From: Bryobacteraceae bacterium
Lineage (GTDB): Bacteria > Acidobacteriota > Terriglobia > Bryobacterales > Bryobacteraceae
Length of the DNA: 64,000 nt
Assembly (NCBI GenBank): GCA_036269275.1
Contig: DATASJ010000106.1
Location: 236,832 to 300,831, forward strand
Direction of reading: 5' to 3'
Positions within the stretch are counted from its first letter, which is position 1. Every line of letters begins with the position of its first letter. The notes beneath the pieces are model-generated. The model had not been told where the DNA came from. It did no database searches and saw only the letters and a program-made list of their open reading frames with translations. The position numbers and the translations under genes were made by a program. This document shows, in pieces, positions 8,222 to 17,711 of the stretch.

Positions 8222-10435
8222 ATGTCGACTGGCGTTTTGGAACTGCCGCCGCAAGTGGAAGAGCTGTACCGCACCTTAGAAGACAAGGTGCGGGTGCTGT
8301 GGCCGAAAGAAGACCTGACGGGACTGGAGCGCGCGTACCGGTTCGCGGCCGAACACCACAAACAGCAAAAGCGCAAATCGGGCGAGCCTTATATCGCACA
8401 CCCTCTGGCGGTGGCCCACATTTTGGCCGACATGCAGATGGACCTGGTGTGCTTGCAGACCGGATTACTGCACGACGTGGTGGAAGACACGAGCGCCCGG
8501 CTGGACGAAGTCAAGGAACAGTTTGGCGAAAATGTGGCGCGCTGCGTGGACGGCGTTACGAAGCTGAGCAAGATCAGCCTGGCAAATCGCGAGGACCGTC
8601 AAGCCGAGAGCCTGCGCAAGATGCTATTGGCAATGACGGGCGATATCCGGGTGATCATTGTGAAGCTGGCGGACCGGCTGCACAATATGCGAACCATCGA
8701 ATCGCTGGCGCGCGAACGGCAGGAGGCGATCGCCCAAGAGACGCTGGATATCTACGCGCCTATCGCGCACCGGCTCGGCATGGGAAAGATCCGCGGCGAG
8801 TTGGAAGACCTGGCGTTCGAGACGCTGCATCCGGAAGAATCCGCGGAGTTGATGCGGGAGATCGAATCCAAGCGGCATGAACACGAGGACTGGCTGCGGC
8901 AGTTGCAAACGCAGATCGAGCAGAAACTCTCGCGCGAGGACATTCCGGCGCGCGTCGAAGGGCGAGTGAAGCGGGCCTACTCGGTCTATCAGAAGCTGAA
9001 GCGGCAAAAGATCACGCTGGACCAGGTGTATGACGTTCTGGCGGTGCGCATCATCACCGACTCGGTGAAGAACTGCTACGCGGCGCTGGGAGTGATCCAT
9101 AACGACTGGCACCCGATTCCCGGCCGGATCAAAGATTTCATTGCCATGCCGCGCCCGAATTTATATCAATCGCTGCACACCTCCGTGATCGGGCCGGGCG
9201 GCATGACCTTCGAAGTGCAGATCAGAACGGCCGAGATGCACCGGATCGCAGAAGAAGGAATCGCAGCGCATTGGAAGTACAAGGAAGGGAGCAAGGGTCC
9301 GGGCGGCGACGATCAGCGGATTGCATGGATGCGGCAATTAGTCGAGTGGCAGAGCGAGATGAGGGACTCGGGCGATTTTTTGTCGACGCTCAAGGTGGAC
9401 TTGTATTCGGAAGAGGTTTACACGTTTACTCCGCGGGGACGGGTGATGGTGTTGCCGCGCGACGCCACACCGATCGATTTCGCTTACGCAATTCACAGCG
9501 ACGTAGGGAACACCTGCGTGGGGGCGCGCGTGAATGGATCGATCAAGCCACTGAGATACGTGCTGCGCAACGGGGACGTGGTGGAGATCTTGACTCAGCC
9601 GGGGCATCAGCCGAGCAGAGACTGGCTAGGGTTGGTCAAAACTTCCCGCGCGCGCAATAAGATCAAGCACCTGATTAACGCCGTAGAACGGGCCAAGGCG
9701 GTTGAGATCGGGCAGAAATCGCTGGAGAAAGAGGCGCGCCGCATGGGCGTGAGCCTGGGGAGAATTTCGAGCGGCGATCTGGAGTCGGTGGCGAGCGAAT
9801 ACGGGGTCAGCAAGACTGAGGATCTGTATGCCGCGCTGGGATTCGGCAAGTTTTCGGCGCGGCAGGTGCTGCAGAAAGTGGCTCCCGAAGACGTTCCGCC
9901 GGCGGAGGTTGCCGCTCCTGCGCCTTCGATTTCGCGTCTGCAGCCAGAGCCGGGCGGGCCCATCGGCGACGGGGATCTGGCCATTCACGTGAAGGGCGCC
10001 GACGATGTGATGGTGTATCGGGCGAAGTGCTGCAATCCGATCCGGGGCGAGCAGATCGTCGGCTACATCACCCGGGGTAAAGGAGTTGCGGTGCACTCGG
10101 CGCAGTGCCCGAACGTGCAAAACCTGATGTACGAGGCTGAGCGCAAGATCGGTGTGGAATGGGCGCGGAGCGCCAGCGATCCGCTTCCGGTAAAGGTGGT
10201 TATCTACACCGACGACCGGCCGGGGATCTTGCATCAGCTCACGTCGATTTTGAACACCGAATCCACGAACATTCGGACTTTGGAAGCGCGCGGGGATACG
10301 TCGCGCACGGATGAGAGCGCGATTGTCGACATTACGATGGATGTGCGCGATAAGAAACAACTGGAGCGCGTGATCACGGCATTCCGGCGGATTCCCGGCG
10401 TGAGAGATATCGAGCGCGTGCCCACGGCTCAATAG
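8222..10435 (+). CDS. rel: Bifunctional (p)ppGpp synthetase/hydrolase, RelA/SpoT homolog (HD, RelA_SpoT, TGS and ACT domains)
   Basis: 737 aa. The HD region reads HPLAVAHILADMQMD..LLHDVVEDT. The synthetase region reads RVKRAYSVYQKLKR and DVLAVRII. The TGS region reads VYTFTPRGRVMVLPRDATPIDFAYAIHSDVG. An ACT domain is at the C-terminus. Confidence 0.95.
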   Translation: MSTGVLELPPQVEELYRTLEDKVRVLWPKEDLTGLERAYRFAAEHHKQQKRKSGEPYIAHPLAVAHILADMQMDLVCLQTGLLHDVVEDTSARLDEVKEQFGENVARCVDGVTKLSKISLANREDRQAESLRKMLLAMTGDIRVIIVKLADRLHNMRTIESLARERQEAIAQETLDIYAPIAHRLGMGKIRGELEDLAFETLHPEESAELMREIESKRHEHEDWLRQLQTQIEQKLSREDIPARVEGRVKRAYSVYQKLKRQKITLDQVYDVLAVRIITDSVKNCYAALGVIHNDWHPIPGRIKDFIAMPRPNLYQSLHTSVIGPGGMTFEVQIRTAEMHRIAEEGIAAHWKYKEGSKGPGGDDQRIAWMRQLVEWQSEMRDSGDFLSTLKVDLYSEEVYTFTPRGRVMVLPRDATPIDFAYAIHSDVGNTCVGARVNGSIKPLRYVLRNGDVVEILTQPGHQPSRDWLGLVKTSRARNKIKHLINAVERAKAVEIGQKSLEKEARRMGVSLGRISSGDLESVASEYGVSKTEDLYAALGFGKFSARQVLQKVAPEDVPPAEVAAPAPSISRLQPEPGGPIGDGDLAIHVKGADDVMVYRAKCCNPIRGEQIVGYITRGKGVAVHSAQCPNVQNLMYEAERKIGVEWARSASDPLPVKVVIYTDDRPGILHQLTSILNTESTNIRTLEARGDTSRTDESAIVDITMDVRDKKQLERVITAFRRIPGVRDIERVPTAQ

Positions 10436-10438
10436 CAG

Positions 10439-10819
10439 ATGCGAGAAGAATTGCAAGCACACGCGATTGCGGACCCGGAGCATATCGCGATATCGAAATC
10501 AACCGGGATCAAGATCGATTGGCGGGGCGGCCACCACAGCGACTACTCGCTGGCGTATCTGCGCGACGAATGCCCTTGCGCGACCTGTACCGGGGCGCAC
10601 GGGACGGAGCCGCAGAAAGCAAGCTACTCCAAACCCGAGCTGTTTCCGATGTACAAGCCCGCGCTGCGCATGAATTCAGTGGAGCCGGTGGGGCAATACG
10701 CAGTCCGGATCTATTGGAGCGACGGGCACAGCACGGGCATTTATTCGTTCGATCATTTGCGGAAGATTTGTCCTTGCCGCGAGTGCGAGGCTCAGCGCGA
10801 GAATGGCGCATTCAGATAA
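10439..10819 (+). CDS. DUF971 domain protein (gamma-butyrobetaine hydroxylase-like N-terminal fold)
   Basis: 126 aa with IDWRGGHHSDYSLAYLRDECPCATC and YAVRIYWSDGHSTGIYSFDHLRKICPC, which is typical of DUF971. Confidence 0.75.
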   Translation: MREELQAHAIADPEHIAISKSTGIKIDWRGGHHSDYSLAYLRDECPCATCTGAHGTEPQKASYSKPELFPMYKPALRMNSVEPVGQYAVRIYWSDGHSTGIYSFDHLRKICPCRECEAQRENGAFR

Positions 10820-11970
10820 TTGCCGTAGCCGATGATCACGGTGGAGCCGAGCAGCGTAGCGAGACCAACGACGAGCAATCGTATCGCGGTTCGGCCGGCG
10901 CCTTTCCATTCGTGAAGACCGACGCCCCATAGCGTGCTGAAGATCACGATGCTGGCCATATGGAGAGTCCAGCTCGAGAAGGTATAAGCTCCCATCTTGG
11001 TCTCACCCATAGTGTAGAAGAAAAATTGCATGTACCAGGTAACGCCGGCGAGCGCGCAGAGCAGGTAATTGCGGAGAAGCGGCACGCGAACGGTCTGGCG
11101 CAGAGTATCCGCCGGCGCATGCGTGAGCACGCTGGTGGTGGGACCGGCGAGGGCAGTTTCTTCGATCGGCTGCGGGCGCTGAACGTTGTCGAAAGGGACG
11201 GGTAATTCGGCAGCCAAATATTCATGGCCGGTCTTGTTGCGGATGTTCAGAAACACAGTCCAGAGGAAGTTGGTTGTAAATCCGCCGATGAGGACGATCA
11301 CTAAAACGGGCAATCCTCGCCACAGGCCGGGTGTTCCGGCCGCGACCGTAAGGGTCTTGATGGGATCGCCGGCCGCGAGCCCATAGGCAAAGCACGCGCT
11401 CATCACGCCGGAGAGCAGCGCGACGAGGAACCCTCGCCTGAGATTGAATTCCTGAATGGCGGATTTCTGGGCCTCGGGCGACATGGCGCGTTCCTTGTAG
11501 AAGCCCGCGAGTCCGGCGATCGCGATACCGGCGAGACAAACACCGATGCCCAGCAGAATCACGCGCCCGGGGGTTGTGTCGACTACCTGCGACACGAAGG
11601 TACGGTTGAAAATGGGAGGCATGAGCGTGCCGAACGCGGCGCACAGGCCCATCACGATCGCCATTCCAAGCGACAGCCCGAGATACCGCATGGTGAGCCC
11701 GAAGGTCAATCCTCCGATGCCCCACAACAATCCGAAGAAGAAGCACCAGAACAGAGTGCTTCCAGAGGCCGAGGAAAGCACCGCGAGCAGGTGGCGCGTC
11801 AAGAAGAGCGCAAAGATCCAGGGGGCGATGATCCAACTGAAGACTCCGCCGACCAGCCAGTAGGTTTCCCAGGACCAGCTCCTGACACCGCGATAAGGGA
11901 CGTAGAAGCTCCCGGAGGCGAGCCCGCCCAACCAATGGAAGAATACGCCGAGCGCGGGGTTTGGAGTCAT
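10792..11970 (-). CDS. rhaT: L-rhamnose/H+ symporter family transporter
   Basis: The N-terminus GVFFHWLGGLASGSFYVPYRGVRSWSWETYWLVGGVFSWIIAPW parallels E. coli RhaT ([31 protein letters not shown]). The protein is polytopic. Its 3' end overlaps the convergent DUF971 gene by 28 nt. Confidence 0.85.
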   Translation of the reverse strand: MTPNPALGVFFHWLGGLASGSFYVPYRGVRSWSWETYWLVGGVFSWIIAPWIFALFLTRHLLAVLSSASGSTLFWCFFFGLLWGIGGLTFGLTMRYLGLSLGMAIVMGLCAAFGTLMPPIFNRTFVSQVVDTTPGRVILLGIGVCLAGIAIAGLAGFYKERAMSPEAQKSAIQEFNLRRGFLVALLSGVMSACFAYGLAAGDPIKTLTVAAGTPGLWRGLPVLVIVLIGGFTTNFLWTVFLNIRNKTGHEYLAAELPVPFDNVQRPQPIEETALAGPTTSVLTHAPADTLRQTVRVPLLRNYLLCALAGVTWYMQFFFYTMGETKMGAYTFSSWTLHMASIVIFSTLWGVGLHEWKGAGRTAIRLLVVGLATLLGSTVIIGYGNYLNAPFSR

Positions 11971-12030
11971 GAGCTATTCTGTTTATCTTAAATTCACCGA
12001 ACCGCGGGGCGAAGCCGCTAGCATCTTTAT

Positions 12031-12627
12031 ATGCCTCCCGAGCGTGTGTCCGCGGTTCCGAGCGGCCGCGAAAAGACCACTTGGCGCACGCTCCCGAACC
12101 TGCTGACGGCGTTGCGAATCGCGCTGATCGCCCCGTTCGGTTGGTTGTGCCTACGCGGACACGATATGCCGGCGCTGAGCGTGTTTCTGATCGCCGGAGT
12201 GACAGACACGGTGGACGGAACGCTGGCGCGGCGCTTCAATCAAAGGTCGAAGTTCGGGCGGCTGGCCGATCCGTTAGCGGATAAATTGCTAACCACGGTA
12301 GCGTACTTAGTGCTTTGCCTGCGAGCAGGTTTTTCGGCTCTCCCGGTTTGGGTCACGATCGCCGTTATCGCGCGCGATGTACTAATTTTGATTGGCTCGC
12401 TTGTGGTGTACGCCCGGACTCGCAGCACGGCGTTCAAACCCGACGTTATCGGGAAGGCGAACACGTTTATCGAGATTGGGGTGGTGGTTGTGTTCCTGGT
12501 GTCCAGCAGGTTGGTTTTTCTCGAGCGGTTCCTGACGGCGGTGTATCTACTTTTGCTCGTGTCGTTGATTGTCTCTACCATCGATTACCTGGTACAAGGC
12601 TTGCGCATGCTGCGTACGCGAAACTGA
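12031..12627 (+). CDS. CDP-alcohol phosphatidyltransferase family protein (PgsA-like)
   Basis: The signature D(x)2DG(x)2AR(x)8G(x)3D(x)3D is present as DTVDGTLARRFNQRSKFGRLADPLADKL. Several TM segments are present. Confidence 0.85.
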   Translation: MPPERVSAVPSGREKTTWRTLPNLLTALRIALIAPFGWLCLRGHDMPALSVFLIAGVTDTVDGTLARRFNQRSKFGRLADPLADKLLTTVAYLVLCLRAGFSALPVWVTIAVIARDVLILIGSLVVYARTRSTAFKPDVIGKANTFIEIGVVVVFLVSSRLVFLERFLTAVYLLLLVSLIVSTIDYLVQGLRMLRTRN

Positions 12628-12659
12628 AACCTTTGCGGGGCGAGCGGGTCTCGGTTGAC

Positions 12660-13544
12660 ATGCGGCTGTTGTGGACGGTGGCGCCGGGTGTTTTCGTTAT
12701 CGCCTTCGCGTTCACCGAAATTTTTCAAGATCTCTTTCATCCGACGCATAGCGGGTCACTGAGCGATTGGATCGGGCGGACGGTGTTTCGGACGTTCCGG
12801 CGCTGGCCGCGCTCACTTTCGAGCGCCGGGCCTTTGACCATCGTCCTGGTGATCTTCTGCTGGGCGATGTTGCAGGCAGTCGGGTTCGCGCTCATCTATT
12901 CGGCCGGATTCCCAGACAGCTTCCGGCTGATGAACCCGGAGGATACGCACACCGGTCACACCTTCTGGACCATGCTGTATTTTTCTCTTCAGGTGATGAC
13001 GACGCTCGGTTTAGGAGACGTCATTCCCAAAGCGAACTGGCTGCGGATGATTGTCACGCTGCAAGCCTTGATCGGGTTCGCGCTGCTCACGGCGAGCGTA
13101 TCCTCGATTGTGCTGATCTATCCGGCACTGGGGCGCATGAGGTTGCTGGCACGGCGCACGACGATTCTCAGCAAGGCTGCAAGGGAGATGGGTATCGAAA
13201 TCGTTTCCGGCGAGGTGGCGAGTTTGCTCAGCGATCTGGCGACCGCGGTCATTCAGACGCGAGTCGATTTTATTCACTTCCCGATCATTTATTACTTCCA
13301 CTCGGATCATCGAAGGTCTTCGCTCGCATCGGCGCTTCCGAAATTGATCCAGTTCGCCGAGGCGGGTTCGAATGCAGACGCGCCGGATCGGGTGCGGCTT
13401 TATGCGTCTGCGCTGCGCGGCGCGCTGGAGGATTTAGCCGCGGTTCTGGATGAGCGGTTTCTTCACACTCGCTCGCATGACCCGGCGGTGGTGTTTCGCG
13501 CCTATGGGAAAGACCACGTAATCCGGGAAATGCAGCCGGACTGA
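12660..13544 (+). CDS. Ion-channel family protein (2-TM pore) with a non-canonical filter TTLGLGD and a soluble C-terminal domain
   Basis: ATG 12660 (MRLLWTVAPGVF) lies downstream of the pgsA-like stop. The pore helix and filter read FWTMLYFSLQVMTTLGLGDV and are flanked by TM helices. The ORF-track start at 12315 is a frame extension over the previous gene. Confidence 0.75.
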   Translation: MRLLWTVAPGVFVIAFAFTEIFQDLFHPTHSGSLSDWIGRTVFRTFRRWPRSLSSAGPLTIVLVIFCWAMLQAVGFALIYSAGFPDSFRLMNPEDTHTGHTFWTMLYFSLQVMTTLGLGDVIPKANWLRMIVTLQALIGFALLTASVSSIVLIYPALGRMRLLARRTTILSKAAREMGIEIVSGEVASLLSDLATAVIQTRVDFIHFPIIYYFHSDHRRSSLASALPKLIQFAEAGSNADAPDRVRLYASALRGALEDLAAVLDERFLHTRSHDPAVVFRAYGKDHVIREMQPD

Positions 13545-13612
13545 GTACCCGTAATCTTTCAAGCGAAACATTCCACTTGGCTTAGCGTCCAGGGGACGGC
13601 ACTGACGTACTC

Positions 13613-15391
13613 GTGTTCGCTATGCACCGCAAAACACGCAGCCCTGTGGCTGTTTTGGCCTTACTAGTTGTCGCGCCTGCCTGGGCGCAGATCCAGAACC
13701 AGCCCGATGACGGCCAATGGGTGATGCCGGCGAAGAATTACGCCAGCACGCGGTTCAGCACGCTGGACCAGATCAACACGGGCAATGTTCAAAGTTTAAA
13801 GCTGGCCTGGACGTTTTCGACGGGCCTGACGCACGGGCACGAGGCAGCGCCGCTGATCGTGAACAACACGATGTATATCGTCACGCCATATCCGAACTAT
13901 CTCTATGCGCTGGATCTCACGAAACCCGGCGCACCGATGAAATGGGTCTATCAACCCAATCCCGAGCCGTCTTCGCAGGGGACGGCGTGCTGCGATGTGG
14001 TGAATCGCGGAGCCGCTTACTGGAACGGCAAAATCTACTACAACACGCTGGATGTCCATACTGTGGCGGTTGACGCAGCCACCGGCAAAGAGGTCTGGAA
14101 CACGAAGCTGGGCGACATTAATCTTGGCGAGTCGATGACCATGGCGCCGATTGTCGCGAAGGGGAAAGTGATTGACGGGAACAGCGGCGGCGAATTCGGC
14201 GTCCGGGGATGGCTGGCCGGGCTGGATGCCGATACGGGGAAGCTCGCTTGGCGAGCTTACGCGACCGGACCGGATTCCGAAGTGCTGATTGGGCCGAATT
14301 TCAAGCCGTTTTACCAGGATGAGCGCGGCAAGGATTTGGGCATGAAGACGTGGCCCGGCGACGCATGGAAGATCGGCGGCGGCACCGGCTGGACCTGGAT
14401 TTCCTACGATCCGGACCTGGACCTGATCTATTACGGCACTTCGAATCCGGGGCCGTGGAACCCGGAACAGAGGCCTGGAGACAACAAGTGGACGTCTTCG
14501 TTGTTTGCGCGCCGGCCGGAGACGGGGGAAGCGATATGGGCCTATCAGCTTAATCCGCACGACGTGCACGATTACGATGGCGTGAACGAAAATATACTGC
14601 TGGATCTGAATATCAAGGGACAGAATCGCAAAGTGCTGGCGCATCCGGATCGCAATGCGCGCATGTACATCATCGATCGAGCGAGCGGCGAGGTGCTGTC
14701 GGCGGAAACGTTCGCTTACGCGAACACGACCTTCGGCGTGGATCTGAAGACGGGCAAGCTGAAGATCAATCCCGATAAGGTTTCGGGATTCACCACGATT
14801 CGCGATGCCTGTCCGGCGCCTCCGGGCGGCAAGGATTGGCAGCCCTCGGCCTATTCGCCCAAGACGGGGCTGATTTATATTCCGCACAACAACCTCTGCT
14901 ATGAGAACCAGGGCCTGCAAGCGAATTACATTGCCGGCACGCCGTATGTGGGCATGAATGTGCGGATGTATGCGGGTCCGGGCGGCAATCGCGGCGAGTT
15001 TTCGGCGTGGGACCCGGCGCAGGCGAAAACCGTGTGGGCGGTAAAGGAAATGTTCCCGGCCTGGAGCGGCGCCGTGGCCACGGCGGGCGACGTTGTTTTC
15101 TACGGGACGATGGACGGCTGGTTCAAAGCGCTCGATGACCGCAGCGGGAAGCTGCTTTGGCAGTTCAAGGTGGGATCGGGCATCATCTCGCAGCCGGTGA
15201 CGTACAAAGGTCCGGATGGCAAACAATATGTGGCGGTGCTGTCGGGCGTAGGCGGATGGGCGGGCGGCATCGTCGCGGGCGGTTTGAACCCGGTGGACGG
15301 TACCGCGGCTTTGGGCTTCGTGAACGCGATGTCGGATCTGGGCAAGTACACGACGAAAGGTGGCATGCTGTATGTTTTTTCGCTGCCTTAG
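13613..15391 (+). CDS. xoxF: PQQ-dependent methanol/ethanol dehydrogenase, XoxF-like (lanthanide-type signature)
   Basis: The candidate starts are GTG 13613 and ATG 13622. It has a signal peptide (AVLALLVVAPAWA), the vicinal Cys pair GTACCD (13988-13993), W-docking propeller repeats, and HDVHDYDGVNE with Asp at the position that is Ala in Ca-dependent MxaF (DYD at 14570-14578). Confidence 0.88.
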   Translation: MFAMHRKTRSPVAVLALLVVAPAWAQIQNQPDDGQWVMPAKNYASTRFSTLDQINTGNVQSLKLAWTFSTGLTHGHEAAPLIVNNTMYIVTPYPNYLYALDLTKPGAPMKWVYQPNPEPSSQGTACCDVVNRGAAYWNGKIYYNTLDVHTVAVDAATGKEVWNTKLGDINLGESMTMAPIVAKGKVIDGNSGGEFGVRGWLAGLDADTGKLAWRAYATGPDSEVLIGPNFKPFYQDERGKDLGMKTWPGDAWKIGGGTGWTWISYDPDLDLIYYGTSNPGPWNPEQRPGDNKWTSSLFARRPETGEAIWAYQLNPHDVHDYDGVNENILLDLNIKGQNRKVLAHPDRNARMYIIDRASGEVLSAETFAYANTTFGVDLKTGKLKINPDKVSGFTTIRDACPAPPGGKDWQPSAYSPKTGLIYIPHNNLCYENQGLQANYIAGTPYVGMNVRMYAGPGGNRGEFSAWDPAQAKTVWAVKEMFPAWSGAVATAGDVVFYGTMDGWFKALDDRSGKLLWQFKVGSGIISQPVTYKGPDGKQYVAVLSGVGGWAGGIVAGGLNPVDGTAALGFVNAMSDLGKYTTKGGMLYVFSLP

Positions 15392-16148
15392 CCTTACGTT
15401 GCTGGCGACCCTGGTGCTGGGCGCGGAAAACGCACTGCGCGTTTGCGCCGACCCGAACAACCTGCCGTTCTCGAATCAGCGGCAGGAAGGCCTCGAAAAC
15501 AAGCTCGCCGAATTAGTAGCGGAGCAGATGGGAGCGAAACTCGAGTACACGTGGTGGTCCGAGCGCGGCTCGCTGGTCAAGAACACATTGAATGCCGGAC
15601 GCTGCGACGTTCTTATGGGTGTTCCCACTTCGCTCGACGAGGTGACGGCGACCGAGCCGTATTATCGATCGACGTACGTGTTTGTCTCGCGGCGCGATCG
15701 CGCTCTGAGAATCACGTCGCTTGCCGATCCGCGCTTAAGCGACTTGAAAATCGGCATTCACGTGGTGGGCGAGGACTTGGCGCCTCCCGCGTATGCGCTG
15801 GCACGGCGCGGAGTCACCCGCAACGTTGTGGGATTCAGCTTGTTCGGCGCCTATGGCGAGGAAAATCCCCCACGCAAGCTTGTGGACGCGGTCGAGCATG
15901 GGGATGTCGATGTCGCGATCGTGTGGGGTCCGTTTGCCGGCTTCTTCGCGCAGGGCGCGAACTCGCCGCTTGAGATAACACCAGTCGCTCCTCCCCTGTA
16001 TTTCGGCGTTCCCTTTGCATACGATATTTCGATGGGTGTGCGAAAGGGGAATGACGCGCTGAGAGACGAATTGAACGGCGTGCTGAGACACGCATCCGCC
16101 GCGGTCGGGGCGCTGTTGATCGAATACAATGTGCCCGAGGTGCACTGA
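15372..16148 (+). CDS. xoxJ: Quinoprotein-dehydrogenase-associated periplasmic solute-binding-like protein (MoxJ/XoxJ family)
   Basis: LRVCADPNNLPFSNQRQEGLENKLAELVAEQMG..RCDVLMGVP is typical of the MoxJ-type family. ATG 15372 gives the signal peptide MFFRCLSLTLLATLVLGA and overlaps the xoxF stop by 20 nt. The ORF-track start is 15360. Confidence 0.8.
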   Translation: MFFRCLSLTLLATLVLGAENALRVCADPNNLPFSNQRQEGLENKLAELVAEQMGAKLEYTWWSERGSLVKNTLNAGRCDVLMGVPTSLDEVTATEPYYRSTYVFVSRRDRALRITSLADPRLSDLKIGIHVVGEDLAPPAYALARRGVTRNVVGFSLFGAYGEENPPRKLVDAVEHGDVDVAIVWGPFAGFFAQGANSPLEITPVAPPLYFGVPFAYDISMGVRKGNDALRDELNGVLRHASAAVGALLIEYNVPEVH

Positions 16149-16683
16149 GGTGAGCGCGGGTAGCATCTTGACACTGCTGTGCGGCGCCGCTTTTCTGCTG
16201 GCTTCATGCCAAGTTGAGAAGCACGACATTCGACCCTCGCCAACTCGCCTAGCTATCTATGGGAACGCAGCGCGGGAGAGCACGTTGCGGCCCGGCGGCC
16301 CGGTGAATCGCGAACAGGTAGTTACGAATCCGTATAATCACAGCGCTTACGACGTTTCGGAAGGCCAACGGCTTTTCGGCTGGTACAACTGCTCGGGTTG
16401 TCACGCCAACGGCGGCGGCGGAATCGGCCCGCCGCTGATCAAGCAGAACTGGATCTACGGAGGGGAGCCGGCAAATCTGTTCGACACCATCGTGAAGGGC
16501 AGGCCCAACGGGATGCCATCGTGGGGCGGCCGGATTCCCGAATATCAGATCTGGCAGATTGTTGCGTACGTGCGCTCCCTAAACGGTGAGCAGCCCGCAT
16601 CGGCGACAGCCGGGCGCGCCGATACGATCGAGACGAATTCTCAAAACCTGGCGAACCGCACGACCGGGGTCACGCCAAAATGA
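16129..16683 (+). CDS. Mono-heme c-type cytochrome, probable lipoprotein
   Basis: The heme site CSGCH sits in YNCSGCHANGGGGIGPPL and the distal Met region is GMPSWGG. GTG 16150 gives a signal with the lipobox LLASC and lies 1 nt after the xoxJ TGA. Whether it is XoxG-like or oxidase-associated cannot be decided from the sequence alone. Confidence 0.85.
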   Translation: MCPRCTEVSAGSILTLLCGAAFLLASCQVEKHDIRPSPTRLAIYGNAARESTLRPGGPVNREQVVTNPYNHSAYDVSEGQRLFGWYNCSGCHANGGGGIGPPLIKQNWIYGGEPANLFDTIVKGRPNGMPSWGGRIPEYQIWQIVAYVRSLNGEQPASATAGRADTIETNSQNLANRTTGVTPK

Positions 16684-17711
16684 GACGGGCATCGGGGATT
16701 CTCTGCGGCAGCGGCGTACTCGCGCTGACGGCGTGCGCGGGGCATCAGCAATCGGCGGTAGACCCGGCGGGGCCGCAGGCCGGGCACATCGCGAACCTGT
16801 GGTGGTTTTTCTTCGCGGTGCTCGCGGCAATTTTTCTCGCGGTGATGGCATTTGCACTATGGACGCTGACGCGGCGGCATCGCGGCATTGAACAGGAGCC
16901 GCTCGAAGGGAAGCACAAGCCGTCGGAGGCGACAGAATCGCGATTGACTCGAGTTGTTGCCGGATTGACGATTGCCACGGTCCTGATTCTTTTCGTGCTG
17001 CTGGTTTCGAGTATCACTACGGGCAAGAGTATTTCCGAGCTTCGAGACAAGCAGCACGGCTTGATCATCGAGGTGACCGGCAATCAATGGTGGTGGCAGT
17101 TTCGCTACATGAACGACGATTCGAACGAGATCCTGATCACGGCGAACGAGATTCACATTCCCGTGGGACGGCCCGTGATGATCCGGGGCATGTCGCAGGA
17201 TGTGATTCACAGCTTCTGGGCGCCGAACCTCAACGGCAAGCGCGATTTGATTCCGTCACGCATCACGGAAGAATGGATTCAGGCGGATCATGCGGGCGCG
17301 TACCGGGGACAGTGCGCGGAATTTTGCGGATTGCAGCACGCGCACATGGTGTTTTGGGTGGTCGCCGAAGCACCGGACAAATTCAAGCAGTGGTTCGATG
17401 CGCAATTGCAGCCTGCCGCTGCGCCGGGGGACGCCGACACGCTGCGCGGGCAGCAGGTGTTTCTGAATAACGCCTGCATCTTCTGCCACACCATTCGCGG
17501 CACGCCGGCGGCGGCGCAGAACGGACCCGACTTGACGCATTTCGGGAGCCGCAGAAGTATTGCGGCCGGCACATTGCCGAATACGCCGGGCAATTTGGGC
17601 GGCTGGATCGTCGATCCGCAGAGCATCAAGCCGGGGAACCATATGGCAACGATCGCGCTGAACTCGAGTGATCTGCAGCCCTTGATCGACTATCTCGAGA
17701 GCCTGAAATGA
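16680..17711 (+). CDS. coxB: Cytochrome c oxidase subunit II with a fused C-terminal cytochrome c domain (caa3-type)
   Basis: It has the lipobox LALTAC and two TM segments. The CuA site is HSFWAPNLNGKRD and CAEFCGLQHAHM. The C-terminal heme motif is CIFCH. It shares an ATGA overlap with the upstream gene. Confidence 0.93.
   Translation: MRRASGILCGSGVLALTACAGHQQSAVDPAGPQAGHIANLWWFFFAVLAAIFLAVMAFALWTLTRRHRGIEQEPLEGKHKPSEATESRLTRVVAGLTIATVLILFVLLVSSITTGKSISELRDKQHGLIIEVTGNQWWWQFRYMNDDSNEILITANEIHIPVGRPVMIRGMSQDVIHSFWAPNLNGKRDLIPSRITEEWIQADHAGAYRGQCAEFCGLQHAHMVFWVVAEAPDKFKQWFDAQLQPAAAPGDADTLRGQQVFLNNACIFCHTIRGTPAAAQNGPDLTHFGSRRSIAAGTLPNTPGNLGGWIVDPQSIKPGNHMATIALNSSDLQPLIDYLESLK

Noticed and set aside
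13796-15460. A 554-aa ORF antisense to xoxF. Similar long alternative-frame ORFs occur at 17806-19296 (+), 3082-4194 (+), 35000-36061 (+), 9626-10483 (-) and 4673-5491 (-).
   Set aside because: These are typical shadow ORFs of high-GC DNA. They are Arg/Ala/Pro/Gly-rich and low in complexity, carry no recognisable motifs, and each fully overlaps a gene whose translation has strong family signatures.
16129-16683. Naming this cytochrome c XoxG (the dedicated XoxF electron acceptor).
   Set aside because: Its position after xoxJ fits that name. However, its sequence (NCSGCHANGGGGIGPPL...GMPSWGG) equally resembles the cytochrome c that precedes coxB in some A-type oxidase operons. Without a phylogeny I left the symbol empty.
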